Of a stretch of DNA of 61,559 bases, positions 1 through 8,469 are shown in pieces. The stretch comes from Candidatus Micrarchaeota archaeon. Its GTDB lineage: Archaea; Micrarchaeota; Micrarchaeia; Norongarragalinales; Norongarragalinaceae. Numbering within the stretch: the first letter of the stretch is position 1; the number at the start of each line of letters is the position of its first letter. The position numbers were made by a program, and so were the translations under genes. Location: contig JBDRBT010000013.1 of NCBI GenBank assembly GCA_043822385.1, positions 1 through 61,559 of the forward strand, read 5' to 3'. The notes beneath the pieces are model-generated. The model was not told where the DNA came from. It ran no database searches and was given only the letters and a program-made list of their open reading frames with translations.

Positions 1-386
1 GGTAATGCTTCAGTTAAGTCTAGTGGAGCGCTTAAGAATAATTGTTTTCCGTCCGGTGAAATGAATGCAGTTCCTTCTTGAACTAACTCGCCGTCTTGAT
101 TTATTTCAAAGTTTATAGCGTACATTCCGTTTTTTTGTTCAGTGCTTACTGCATTTATTGAAACGCCTTCAGCTCCTTGCAACACAATCAAATCATTCAA
201 GTAATCTGAAACTTCTTGCTGCAACGCGTTTTCATTCAGCGTTGTTTCATTTCCCCCTAGCGTTTCGGTTTGTGGGTTTAATGCGTTTGAAGCAACGAAT
301 CCAACTGCAAAGCAAGCTATTCCTAAAATCGCTATAGCAATCCAAATTTTATTGTTTATGTTTTCCTTATGTTTATTTCCTTCCAT
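1..386 (-). CDS. membrane-anchored extracytoplasmic protein, partial (C-terminus runs off the window start)
   Basis: ATG at 386..384. Translation starts 'MEGNKHKENINNKIWIAIAILGIACFAVGFVASNAL' (single N-terminal TM helix). I translated the frame by hand and it is open to base 1. It is absent from the ORF track because it has no stop in the window. Confidence 0.4.
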   Translation of the reverse strand, partial: MEGNKHKENINNKIWIAIAILGIACFAVGFVASNALNPQTETLGGNETTLNENALQQEVSDYLNDLIVLQGAEGVSINAVSTEQKNGMYAINFEINQDGELVQEGTAFISPDGKQLFLSAPLDLTEAL

Positions 387-394
387 TTTAACAC

Positions 395-748
395 CTACCC
401 GATCTTGCCACCATGAAGCAAGAGCCATGTTTTCAATTCATTTTTTTCAGTAAAACCTATTTTTCTAGCTCCGTCTTGAGCAATAAATATAGGGGTTCCC
501 GTGAAATTATATTGCTGAAAGTATTCCGGGTGTTCATCTACATTCATTGGTTTTATTCGGAATCCTTCGTTAGCTAGTTCGCTTAAAACTATTTTTTGGT
601 TGAAGCAATGATCGCAATTATCGCTGTAAAAAAACAGTATTTTCGAGGTTTCGTCTGCATAACCCGTGTTTTGCGAAAAATAAAGCCCGGCAATTATTAT
701 TAGTACTATTGAAACCGCTCCAAGAATTAACGCGTTTTTTTTCTTCAT
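395..748 (-). CDS. membrane-anchored thioredoxin/glutaredoxin-fold protein (one CxxC)
   Basis: 117 aa. N-terminal TM helix 'ALILGAVSIVLIIIAGLYF'. Active-site-like 'FFYSDNCDHCFNQ' and a downstream 'TGTPIFI' cis-Pro-loop-like motif. Confidence 0.6.
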   Translation of the reverse strand: MKKKNALILGAVSIVLIIIAGLYFSQNTGYADETSKILFFYSDNCDHCFNQKIVLSELANEGFRIKPMNVDEHPEYFQQYNFTGTPIFIAQDGARKIGFTEKNELKTWLLLHGGKIG

Positions 749-1872
749 TTTTCAGTCTTCACTTTTTCTCCTGTTTCCAAATCCAAGTAAGTAACGCTGC
801 TTAATGCATTCATGTTAGTGAAAACGTACGCTCCGTCGTTAGTTATAAGGCCTAGTTGGCCCCACACGTCGTTTAGTTTTTCGTAATACTTTGCATCTGG
901 AGAGAGTATTACGGTTGGAAGTTTAGTTATGTTGTACGCGTTTATTAGTTGTTTTCCTCGGCTTGAACTTTGATTGAACGAATTTATCGTGCCTATTCTA
1001 ACATCGTATTCCTCTAGGAAGGGTTGGTGTATTCTTACGTCATAGCACTCAGAACAGTTTTCCGGAAGTAAATATATTAATTCGGTTATTCCTTGTTCTT
1101 TGCCTGTCAACGGGTCTTTAAATATTGGGTTTACTTTTCTTAAAACAAAAGTATTGTTTTCTTCTTGGCTTCCTACTTGTTTCCATAATTCGGGGAAATT
1201 AGGGTAGTCAACTGGGTTTAATTGAATAATTAGCGTTGGTACTGCGGTAATGTTGTATTTTTCTATGAGTTCTTTTGCTTTAGTGTCGTTGTATTCATAG
1301 CTTTCTTGTTGAAGGAATCTCACTCCATTTTCATCTAGTGCGTTTAGCAATTGGTTAGTATCGGAGCAAACAAAGCAGTCACTAGTGTCTATTCGAATTA
1401 GTTTAGCTTCCCCAATGAACTGTTGTTTTTCTAAGTCAAAGTAAATGGGTTTTTTTAAGTCTAATACGATGGAATTGTTTTTTTCGAAACCAAGGGTTTT
1501 AACGTAGTAATTAATTTTCGGGTTGTTTATTTCCCCGCTAATTATCATGCTTGGTAATTTTTTCACCCCGTAATCCAGAATGAGTTTTTGTCCTTCTGGA
1601 GAATTGTATTCTACTTGTTTTACTTCTTTTACTAAAGATATTTTATTTAATTCGGTTATTACGTCATTCAAGTCAAAACAAGCTTGACAACCCACCATGG
1701 TTATCGCAGTTATTGTTAATTCCGGCAAAACCGGTTTTTGAGTTGGCAAAGGCGTTGGTTGCGTGGGTTGTAATGGATTGTAAAATAGCACCGCGGTAAT
1801 GCCTATTGCTAGTATTAGAAAAGCGGCTACAATGTACGTTAAGGGTATTTCCTCTTTTTCTTTCTTTGACAT
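745..1872 (-). CDS. membrane-anchored protein with three tandem thioredoxin-like modules (3x CxxC)
   Basis: N-terminal TM helix followed by a P/T/Q-rich stalk 'NPLQPTQPTPLPTQKPVLPE'. Three modules of about 100 aa carry CQAC, CFVC and CSEC. They end in 'KKLPSMII', 'ITAVPTLII' and 'ITKLPTVIL' respectively. The ATG at 1872 is preferred over the GTG at 1881 given in the ORF track. Confidence 0.55.
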   Translation of the reverse strand: MSKKEKEEIPLTYIVAAFLILAIGITAVLFYNPLQPTQPTPLPTQKPVLPELTITAITMVGCQACFDLNDVITELNKISLVKEVKQVEYNSPEGQKLILDYGVKKLPSMIISGEINNPKINYYVKTLGFEKNNSIVLDLKKPIYFDLEKQQFIGEAKLIRIDTSDCFVCSDTNQLLNALDENGVRFLQQESYEYNDTKAKELIEKYNITAVPTLIIQLNPVDYPNFPELWKQVGSQEENNTFVLRKVNPIFKDPLTGKEQGITELIYLLPENCSECYDVRIHQPFLEEYDVRIGTINSFNQSSSRGKQLINAYNITKLPTVILSPDAKYYEKLNDVWGQLGLITNDGAYVFTNMNALSSVTYLDLETGEKVKTEK

Positions 1873-1914
1873 AATTAACACCTATTGTTTAGCTTGTTAT
1901 TTTTATTTTTTGGT

Positions 1915-2298
1915 TTAATGAGTTTTTTCGTTGTTTTCTGCTGGCGTGTTTTCTATGCAGTAAGCTTTGTAGATTTCGTCATGAATTTGGTTGCAAGCGT
2001 CTTTGTTTGACTCGCTTACTGCTTTATTTGCTAGGCAGTATTCTTTAGCTAAGTCGGTTTTAACGTTATTGCACTCGAAGGATTCTGTTTGAATTTCGTA
2101 TTCAGCAATGCACTCGCTTTCTTTCTCGCCGAGCGTCCTGCAAACGCTTGAGTCTTCATTATTTACTGCAACGCTAGTAACGCATTTCGCGCGTTCATCC
2201 ATGTTAAGCGTGTTGCCGCACTCGCTAATGTCGCTTATTCCCAAGCAACCAAACAAGAAAACTGAAGAAACGGTTAATAGCATTAAAAGCTTTTTCAC
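1915..2298 (-). CDS. Cys-rich secreted / lipoprotein-like protein
   Basis: 127 aa. Signal peptide with a lipobox-like 'VFLFGC', then 8 further Cys in a roughly periodic pattern (EC..KC..VC..EC..EC..YC..AC..YC). Confidence 0.5.
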   Translation of the reverse strand: MKKLLMLLTVSSVFLFGCLGISDISECGNTLNMDERAKCVTSVAVNNEDSSVCRTLGEKESECIAEYEIQTESFECNNVKTDLAKEYCLANKAVSESNKDACNQIHDEIYKAYCIENTPAENNEKTH

Positions 2299-2398
2299 TC
2301 AACCACCTTTTATTCAAATAAAACCAAAAATAGTAATATCTTTAGGGTAGACGCGGTTTTTAACTGCTTTCCTTCCTAAAAAGTTTAGGGTTTTTAAG

Positions 2399-3424
2399 AT
2401 GAGAGTAATACGCAAAGATGAAGAAACAGCTTTGCTGCCTAAAACGCTGGAGGACTTATGGTTCCTGACGAAAATCTTTTCTAGCGGAGACTTGGTTTCA
2501 GGCCACTCTGAACGAAGATTCAAGATTGACTTGAATAGGCCTACTAGTGGAGAGAAGAAGAGAGTATTCGTTGACTTAAAACTAACTGGAATTGATTTTT
2601 CCGAGAACGTCAACAAACTGCGTTTAACTGGAGTGATTGTGTCTGGTTCTCCTGAAGAATTCGTGCAGGCAGGCGAGCATCATACGCTCGACGTTGAATT
2701 GAACTCAAAAATTACTTTACACCGGGCGTTAACTCAATACGAGTTAACGGTTGTAACTGAAAGCAATTCTATTTCTCCCGAATCCGTATTGATTGTAGTT
2801 ATTGACGAGAGGAAAGCTTTGTTAGCTGAAGTAAGGACGCAAGGCATAAAATTCAAGGCTGAAATACAGAATCATGCTTCAAAGCGGCAGTCTAAAGAGT
2901 TTGATTCAATGCAAAAATCGTTTTATTTAGAAGTTTTAGGTGCAATAAAGGATTTTGAAGGAAGAATTGTTGTTGCCGGCCCTGGTTTTTCCAAGGATTC
3001 ATTCAAAAAGTTTTTGAGCGAAAAAAACCAGTCTCTTGACGCGTTTAGTTTCGAGCATTGTTCTTCAACTGAAGAAACTGCTGTTTACGAGTTGTTGAAG
3101 AACGGCTTGCTGGAGAAAATATTCAAGAACCAACGCATTGCGCGCGAGTTTAAGGTTTTAGAGGAATTTAAAGTTCACTTGGCTAAGGAAGACGGTTTTG
3201 TTGTTTACGGCGTGAAAGACGTGGAGAACGCGCTGCAAATGAGTGCAGTAAAGAAGTTATTGGTTTTAGACGAGTTGTTTCGCAATCGAGAATATCAAGA
3301 ATTGTTAGCTAGAGCAAAAAATTCTGGCGTAGAGTTGATTGTTTTTGATTCCAGCGATGACGCGGGTAAAGAGTTTTCCACTTTCAAGCTAGCTGGCTTG
3401 CTTCGCTTTAAATTGAGTTACTGA
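2399..3424 (+). CDS. pelA: Pelota/Dom34 (no-go/non-stop mRNA surveillance factor)
   Basis: 341 aa, ATG start. N-terminus 'MRVIRKDEETALLPKTLEDLWFL' and an eRF1-like middle and C-terminal layout typical of archaeal Pelota. Confidence 0.85.
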   Translation: MRVIRKDEETALLPKTLEDLWFLTKIFSSGDLVSGHSERRFKIDLNRPTSGEKKRVFVDLKLTGIDFSENVNKLRLTGVIVSGSPEEFVQAGEHHTLDVELNSKITLHRALTQYELTVVTESNSISPESVLIVVIDERKALLAEVRTQGIKFKAEIQNHASKRQSKEFDSMQKSFYLEVLGAIKDFEGRIVVAGPGFSKDSFKKFLSEKNQSLDAFSFEHCSSTEETAVYELLKNGLLEKIFKNQRIAREFKVLEEFKVHLAKEDGFVVYGVKDVENALQMSAVKKLLVLDELFRNREYQELLARAKNSGVELIVFDSSDDAGKEFSTFKLAGLLRFKLSY

Positions 3425-3616
3425 TTTTTTTGTGTATAGCCAACTAATCATTACGAGCGATAGAATGCTGCCGATTGTTATTCCAAGGTTTTGATTGCTT
3501 GTTAATGGCGGGGCTGGTTTTAAGTTTCCAGGAATACTGCTGGGTTGATTGATTATTACTGCGCCCCAAATTAGTATAATCAAAACCGCTATTGTGATTG
3601 CAATTGTTTTTTTCAA
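3389..3616 (-). CDS. small two-TM membrane protein (hypothetical)
   Basis: 75 aa with hydrophobic helices at both ends. Its 3' end overlaps the pelota 3' end by 36 nt. No recognisable family. Confidence 0.3.
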   Translation of the reverse strand: MKKTIAITIAVLIILIWGAVIINQPSSIPGNLKPAPPLTSNQNLGITIGSILSLVMISWLYTKKSVTQFKAKQAS

Positions 3617-3652
3617 GAAACTACCTAGTATATTTCTTCTTTTTTCTTGTTT

Positions 3653-4252
3653 TTATTTATTTTTGTATTCGTTTTCCACGTGTTTCCAGTTAGTTATGTT
3701 CCAGAATGCTTCAATGTATTCCGGCCTGCGATTTTGGTACTTTAAGTAGTACGCGTGTTCCCAGACATCTAACGCTAGAAGAGGCTTTTTTCCTAAGTTG
3801 AGTGGAGAGTCTTGGTTTGGAGTGTTCATTATTTCCAAGCCGTTGCTTGACTGTGTTAACCAAGTCCAGCCTGAACCAAACACGGTTTTAGCTGAATTAG
3901 AAAATGCTTCCTTGAAGTCGTTGAAACTATTGAATTTCGCGTTTATTGCTTCAGCTAGTTCTCCTTGAGGCTCGCCCCCGCTTTCAGGGCTTAAGCACTT
4001 CCAAAAGAACGAGTGGTGGTAATAGCCGCCACCATGGTTTCGTACTTGCGTTTTAATTCCGTCTGGAACAGAGTTCAAGTTAGAAAGTATTTCCTCGATT
4101 GTTTTTGTTTCCAAACCTGTTCCTTTGATTGCGTTGTTGAAGTTGTTTAAGTAAGCTTGGTGGTGTTTCGAATAGTGAATGTTCATTGTTTCCTCGTCAA
4201 TAAATGGTTCTAAAGCATTGAAAGAGTAGCCTAATTTAGGTAATTCAAACAT
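3653..4252 (-). CDS. sod: Fe/Mn superoxide dismutase
   Basis: 199 aa. 'MNIHYSKHHQAYLNN' and 'DVWEHAYYLKYQNRRPEYI' are the metal-ligand signatures of the Fe/Mn-SOD family. Confidence 0.9.
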   Translation of the reverse strand: MFELPKLGYSFNALEPFIDEETMNIHYSKHHQAYLNNFNNAIKGTGLETKTIEEILSNLNSVPDGIKTQVRNHGGGYYHHSFFWKCLSPESGGEPQGELAEAINAKFNSFNDFKEAFSNSAKTVFGSGWTWLTQSSNGLEIMNTPNQDSPLNLGKKPLLALDVWEHAYYLKYQNRRPEYIEAFWNITNWKHVENEYKNK

Positions 4253-4293
4253 TTTTTTTCATTCTCTTGCGTTTAGTATTACTTTTTCTTGTT

Positions 4294-4479
4294 TTAAATG
4301 TTGTATTCCCTAGCTGGGTTGCCGCCGCTAGCTAGCAAAACAAGGAATGCTATGAATACGATGAATGCTAGTTCAAGGGAAGATGCGATTAAAGCGTAAA
4401 AAAGTAGTATTATCAAGAATAACGTTTTCAAGTCAGTGTCTGCACTGAGTAAACTAGACGTGCTTTCGCCGTCGAACAT
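4294..4479 (-). CDS. small hydrophobic protein (hypothetical)
   Basis: 61 aa ORF with two hydrophobic segments. No family recognised, and it may be spurious. Confidence 0.25.
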   Translation of the reverse strand: MFDGESTSSLLSADTDLKTLFLIILLFYALIASSLELAFIVFIAFLVLLASGGNPAREYNI

Positions 4480-4648
4480 TTTTTTTTGATTGCCTCTTTT
4501 TTATTATATTGAACGTAAACCTCTTGCTTGCTAAAATATAAAAGCGTTTGTTTTTCTCTTTTTTTGTCGTTTTTTTAACAAAACGAGTGTTTTTAAGTAT
4601 TTTTTGCCATTTATTTTAACCTATGTTTTGTTTTCGGGGTGGCTTTTA

Positions 4649-5344
4649 ATGACGTATAGTGTTTCGGATGCAGTTATAGAAATAATGCGTCAAATGCAGC
4701 CTTTGAAGTATGCTTTTGACAAGGACTTAGTTAATTACAGTGCTCTAGCTAGAAGCATTCAACCCATGGTGTCGCAAAAGTTAGGTGAAGAAGTTAGTTT
4801 AGATGCAATAATTATGGCTGTTAGGCGTAATTCTAGTAGTTTCTGGCTTGAACAAAGCAAGGAAGATGTTTTCAGTGTTTTGAAGAATTCCAAGCTTGAC
4901 TTGAGAACGGGTTTAGTTTCTTTATATGTAAACCGGACTCTAGAAAATTACGAGCGGTTATTAGCTTTAGAAAAACGCTTTAGTTTAGGCGAGAGCGGAA
5001 AAATGTATTTAATTCAACGGAGTTCAGATTTGTCTATTATAGCCTTGAGTTCAATAGCCCCTGAAATTATTGAGGCGGTAGGTAAAGAAAATATTTTAAC
5101 TCAAAATGATGATTTGGCTTTGTTGACTTTAACTATTGATGTAGGAAAATCTGCAAGCAATATTTCCGGTATTTTAGAGTTATTAGCTCACCACTTTTCT
5201 TTGCTTGGCGTTAGTTTAGTGTTGTTCTTTTCAACAATGGGTAAAGCGTATTTTTTGTTTGAAGATACGCACTCGCCTAAGGTCTATGAACAATTCAATA
5301 AACTGTTGGCTCAAACAAAAGTTATTGCTTCAAGTAAATCTTGA
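4649..5344 (+). CDS. hypothetical protein, possibly with a C-terminal ACT-like domain
   Basis: The ORF track starts at a TTG at 4604. The first ATG at 4649 ('MTYSVSDAV') is more plausible. The C-terminus 'LLTLTIDVGKSASNISGILELLAHHFSLLGVSLVLF' resembles a beta-alpha-beta-beta ACT fold, but the assignment is weak. Confidence 0.4.
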   Translation: MTYSVSDAVIEIMRQMQPLKYAFDKDLVNYSALARSIQPMVSQKLGEEVSLDAIIMAVRRNSSSFWLEQSKEDVFSVLKNSKLDLRTGLVSLYVNRTLENYERLLALEKRFSLGESGKMYLIQRSSDLSIIALSSIAPEIIEAVGKENILTQNDDLALLTLTIDVGKSASNISGILELLAHHFSLLGVSLVLFFSTMGKAYFLFEDTHSPKVYEQFNKLLAQTKVIASSKS

Positions 5345-5651
5345 ACCTGCTGAAATTAGTTTTAAACCTCATTATTAGCGCCAGCAAGAACACCATTAAA
5401 GCAAGAGTTTTCAATAATGCGCCTATAGTGGGCTTCATGTCCGGGTCTATCGAGAATAATTCCCCTAGAGAAAATAATAAAATCCCGAAGTAAAAACTTG
5501 AAGAAATTTTTAAGTCTCTCTTTTTTTCCTGGTCAGTAATGTTTTTCATTAAGTAGCGAATGGAAAGAAAGTACAAAACTGAAGCAAGTAGAGTAATTGC
5601 AGCTAGTATTAACGTTAGTATTTCTATTGCGTTTAATTCAGTCAAGCTCAT
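5322..5651 (-). CDS. membrane protein (hypothetical, 3 TM)
   Basis: 109 aa and strongly hydrophobic. Convergent 23-nt overlap with the 4649..5344 gene. Confidence 0.35.
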   Translation of the reverse strand: MSLTELNAIEILTLILAAITLLASVLYFLSIRYLMKNITDQEKKRDLKISSSFYFGILLFSLGELFSIDPDMKPTIGALLKTLALMVFLLALIMRFKTNFSRFKIYLKQ

Positions 5652-5682
5652 AGATTAAAGCAGGTTAGGGTAGTATAAAACC

Positions 5683-6645
5683 TTATTTTTTGCCTGCTAG
5701 CATTATTTGCGCGAGCAACGCTTCGAGTTGGATTCTTTCATCCGTTCCCTCACTCATCCTGAAATCATATTCTCCCACGCGGTCAACGAGTTTTACTTTA
5801 GTTTCGTCGTCTACGTCTAGTTTTATTACTTCGCGGTAAATTTGGCTTATTACGTCTTCCCCGCTCATTGCGTAGTCAATCATTAGTTTATTCAAGTGGT
5901 TTCTAGCTTCCGTGAATTTGCCGTTCAATGCTAGTGAAACCATTTCGCTTATTTCTTTCGGCCTAGCGCGGGAAGATACTTGGTAAACTATTTCTTCAGT
6001 GATTTTTTTCCCTATTCCTGCTGCTCCTTGCAGAATGTTGATTGCTTTCCTGGCGTCTCCTTCAGACAAGTAAATTACTGCTTTTGTTGCGTCGTCATCA
6101 ATAATTACTTTTTCTCCGCTTACTACTCGCTCGATTATTTTTTCCACGTTTTCATCTGTTAAGGGAGAAAAACGGAAGATAGCGCATCTTGATTGAATTG
6201 GTTCTATTATTCTGCTTGAGTAATTGCAGGATAAAATGAAGCGAGTTATTTTAGAGTATTGCTCCATTGTTCTGCGCAACGCGTTTTGAGCGTCCGGGGT
6301 TAAGGCGTCTGCTTCATCCAAGAAAATTATTTTGAATGAAACTCCTGAAATAGGGATAGTGCGGGCAAAGTCTTTTACTTTAGTTCTAACGTCATCTATT
6401 TTTCTTTCATCGGAAGCATTCATTTCAAGAAAGCTTTCCCTGTAGTGTTCGCCGTATAATTCTTGTGCTAAAGCAAGTGCTGCAGTAGTCTTACCTATTC
6501 CCGCCCTGCCTGCGAACATCATGTGAGGTAAATTGTTTTTTTTAATGCAATTATTGAGTCGCGCAGTAATGTATTCATGGCCAATTATTTCGCCTAGTTT
6601 TTTTGGCCTGTATTTTTCAATCCACGGGTAATAATCTTCACTCAT
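5683..6645 (-). CDS. rfcS: replication factor C small subunit
   Basis: 320 aa. 'WIEKYRPKKLGEIIGHE', Walker A 'GRAGIGKTT', Walker B 'IIFLDEADALT' and the 'SRCAIFRF' sensor motif. Confidence 0.9.
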   Translation of the reverse strand: MSEDYYPWIEKYRPKKLGEIIGHEYITARLNNCIKKNNLPHMMFAGRAGIGKTTAALALAQELYGEHYRESFLEMNASDERKIDDVRTKVKDFARTIPISGVSFKIIFLDEADALTPDAQNALRRTMEQYSKITRFILSCNYSSRIIEPIQSRCAIFRFSPLTDENVEKIIERVVSGEKVIIDDDATKAVIYLSEGDARKAINILQGAAGIGKKITEEIVYQVSSRARPKEISEMVSLALNGKFTEARNHLNKLMIDYAMSGEDVISQIYREVIKLDVDDETKVKLVDRVGEYDFRMSEGTDERIQLEALLAQIMLAGKK

Positions 6646-6702
6646 TGCGTATTAACTATTGCGCGGTTGGTTTTTTAACATTGTTAGTTCCTTATTCTAC
6701 TC

Positions 6703-7953
6703 GTGAAATATTTCATTAAAACGTACGGTTGCACTTTCAATAAGAGTGATTCAGACCGAATTATTCTCTTGGCGGAGGGCGTGCACGAGCTTTCAACTGA
6801 AGCGAAAGCACAAGTAATCGTGCTTAATTCTTGTTCAGTTAAGGACGCTACTCAACAAAAAATTCTTTATGAAGTCCGGCGTATTCGCAAGCCTTTAGTG
6901 GTTACTGGTTGCTTGGCTCAAGCTATGCCTGAATTAATCGAGGAAGCTAATTCCAAAGCGAGTGTTATTGGTTGTTTTGCTCACGAAAGAATGAATGAAG
7001 CAATAACCACTGCTTCAGAAGGCAAGAAGTTAATTGATGTTTCCCGAAAGCATTCTTTGCCTTTAGTGGTCAAAGTTGATGGCTTGGTTGCCAGAATTCC
7101 AATTAATTTAGGGTGCACTAGCGCGTGTTCTTACTGTTCAACAAAATTAGCTCGCGGTAACTTGCGTTCTTTTCCTCCAAAGGACGTAATTAATTGTATT
7201 CAAGAGAGTGTTGCTAAAGGCGCGAAGGAAATTCAATTGTGTAGTCAGGATACGGGTTGTTATGGCTTGGATTTAGGTTGTGATTTAACTGACTTGCTTG
7301 AACGAATTAGTGAAATCAAGGGAGACTTCATGGTTCGCGTGGGAATGCTTAACCCTGAACACTTTTTGCGGTTGGAAAAGCGTTTGTTGAAAGCATTTTC
7401 TTCAGAAAAAGTATTCAAGTTCTTGCACTTGCCTTTACAGAGTGGTAGCAATACTGTGTTGAAGCACATGCGGAGGAATTATTCGCGTGCTGAATTCAAG
7501 AAAGCTTTTTATTCTTTCAGGAAGGTGTTTCCGGATTCAGTTATTTCTACTGACGTTATTGTTGGTTACCCGACTGAAACAGAGAAGGACTTTCAAGAAA
7601 CGTTGAGTTTGTTAAAGGAATTGCGTTTCGACGTGGTTAACGTGTCTAAGTATTCAGCTCGACCTAACACTATAGCTGCTTCACTACCTCAATTACCTAA
7701 CAACATAATAAAAAAGCGCAGCGAGAACTGCTCGGCATTATGCAGGAAAATTTCTTTAGAACAAAGAAACCGGTTTGTGGGTAGGCGTTTCAAGGTTTTG
7801 TTGTTTGGTAATGGAAAAAACAAAGGACAAAAGCGAGGTAGGAGTAGTTTTTATGCTAGTTTTGTTGTTTCTACGCCTGTTGCGTTGGGTGAGTGGGTTG
7901 AAGTAAAAGCCTTGAAGGCAAGCGCGTCTTGTTTGCTTTCAAAAACGATTTAA
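6703..7953 (+). CDS. MiaB-like radical-SAM tRNA methylthiotransferase (archaeal/eukaryal CDKAL1/MtaB type)
   Basis: 416 aa, GTG start. N-terminal 'IKTYGCTFNKSDS' (UPF0004 domain), radical-SAM 'GCTSACSYCSTK' and a C-terminal TRAM-like 'GRRFKVLLFG'. Confidence 0.8.
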   Translation: MKYFIKTYGCTFNKSDSDRIILLAEGVHELSTEAKAQVIVLNSCSVKDATQQKILYEVRRIRKPLVVTGCLAQAMPELIEEANSKASVIGCFAHERMNEAITTASEGKKLIDVSRKHSLPLVVKVDGLVARIPINLGCTSACSYCSTKLARGNLRSFPPKDVINCIQESVAKGAKEIQLCSQDTGCYGLDLGCDLTDLLERISEIKGDFMVRVGMLNPEHFLRLEKRLLKAFSSEKVFKFLHLPLQSGSNTVLKHMRRNYSRAEFKKAFYSFRKVFPDSVISTDVIVGYPTETEKDFQETLSLLKELRFDVVNVSKYSARPNTIAASLPQLPNNIIKKRSENCSALCRKISLEQRNRFVGRRFKVLLFGNGKNKGQKRGRSSFYASFVVSTPVALGEWVEVKALKASASCLLSKTI

Positions 7954-7985
7954 TGCCTTCTTTCCTTATTTTCAAGAGGATTTAA

Positions 7986-8435
7986 TTGATATTTAGACCA
8001 AGATTGTTTATTGATCCTGAAGTAAGATTAGTGGTAGAACAAGCATTTTATATGACTAAGTTAGGTCAGTCTGGCTTGATTTTTGAGCCTCATAAAAAAT
8101 TAGTTAAAGAGAAACTTAAGTGTCTTGGTCATACGCTTGAAACTGGCCAATTTAATTATTGGTCTTATACTGCTCTTAAACAAGAAGCCGATCGCTTGCG
8201 GGAATTAAAAAGCCAGATTCGTCGTTCGAGTTCTTCAATTTTCCGGAAAATAAGCAAGAGGACTAAGCATTCGCTTTCTAAGTTGGATTTATTGAACGAG
8301 TATCTTACGCGTGAATCTTCGTCTGTAACTCATCCTAAAGACTCTCTTATTCACGACCTTGAGTTTATGAAGGAACTTGATGAGTTACCGCCGAACGTCA
8401 AGCTTCGCGTATTGCGTAATAAACCTAAACCATAA
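7986..8435 (+). CDS. hypothetical protein
   Basis: 149 aa ORF with a TTG start. Charged and probably helical; no family recognised. Confidence 0.35.
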   Translation: MIFRPRLFIDPEVRLVVEQAFYMTKLGQSGLIFEPHKKLVKEKLKCLGHTLETGQFNYWSYTALKQEADRLRELKSQIRRSSSSIFRKISKRTKHSLSKLDLLNEYLTRESSSVTHPKDSLIHDLEFMKELDELPPNVKLRVLRNKPKP

Positions 8436-8469
8436 TTGCTTTAAACCTTGTTTTCGATAGAGTATTTGT

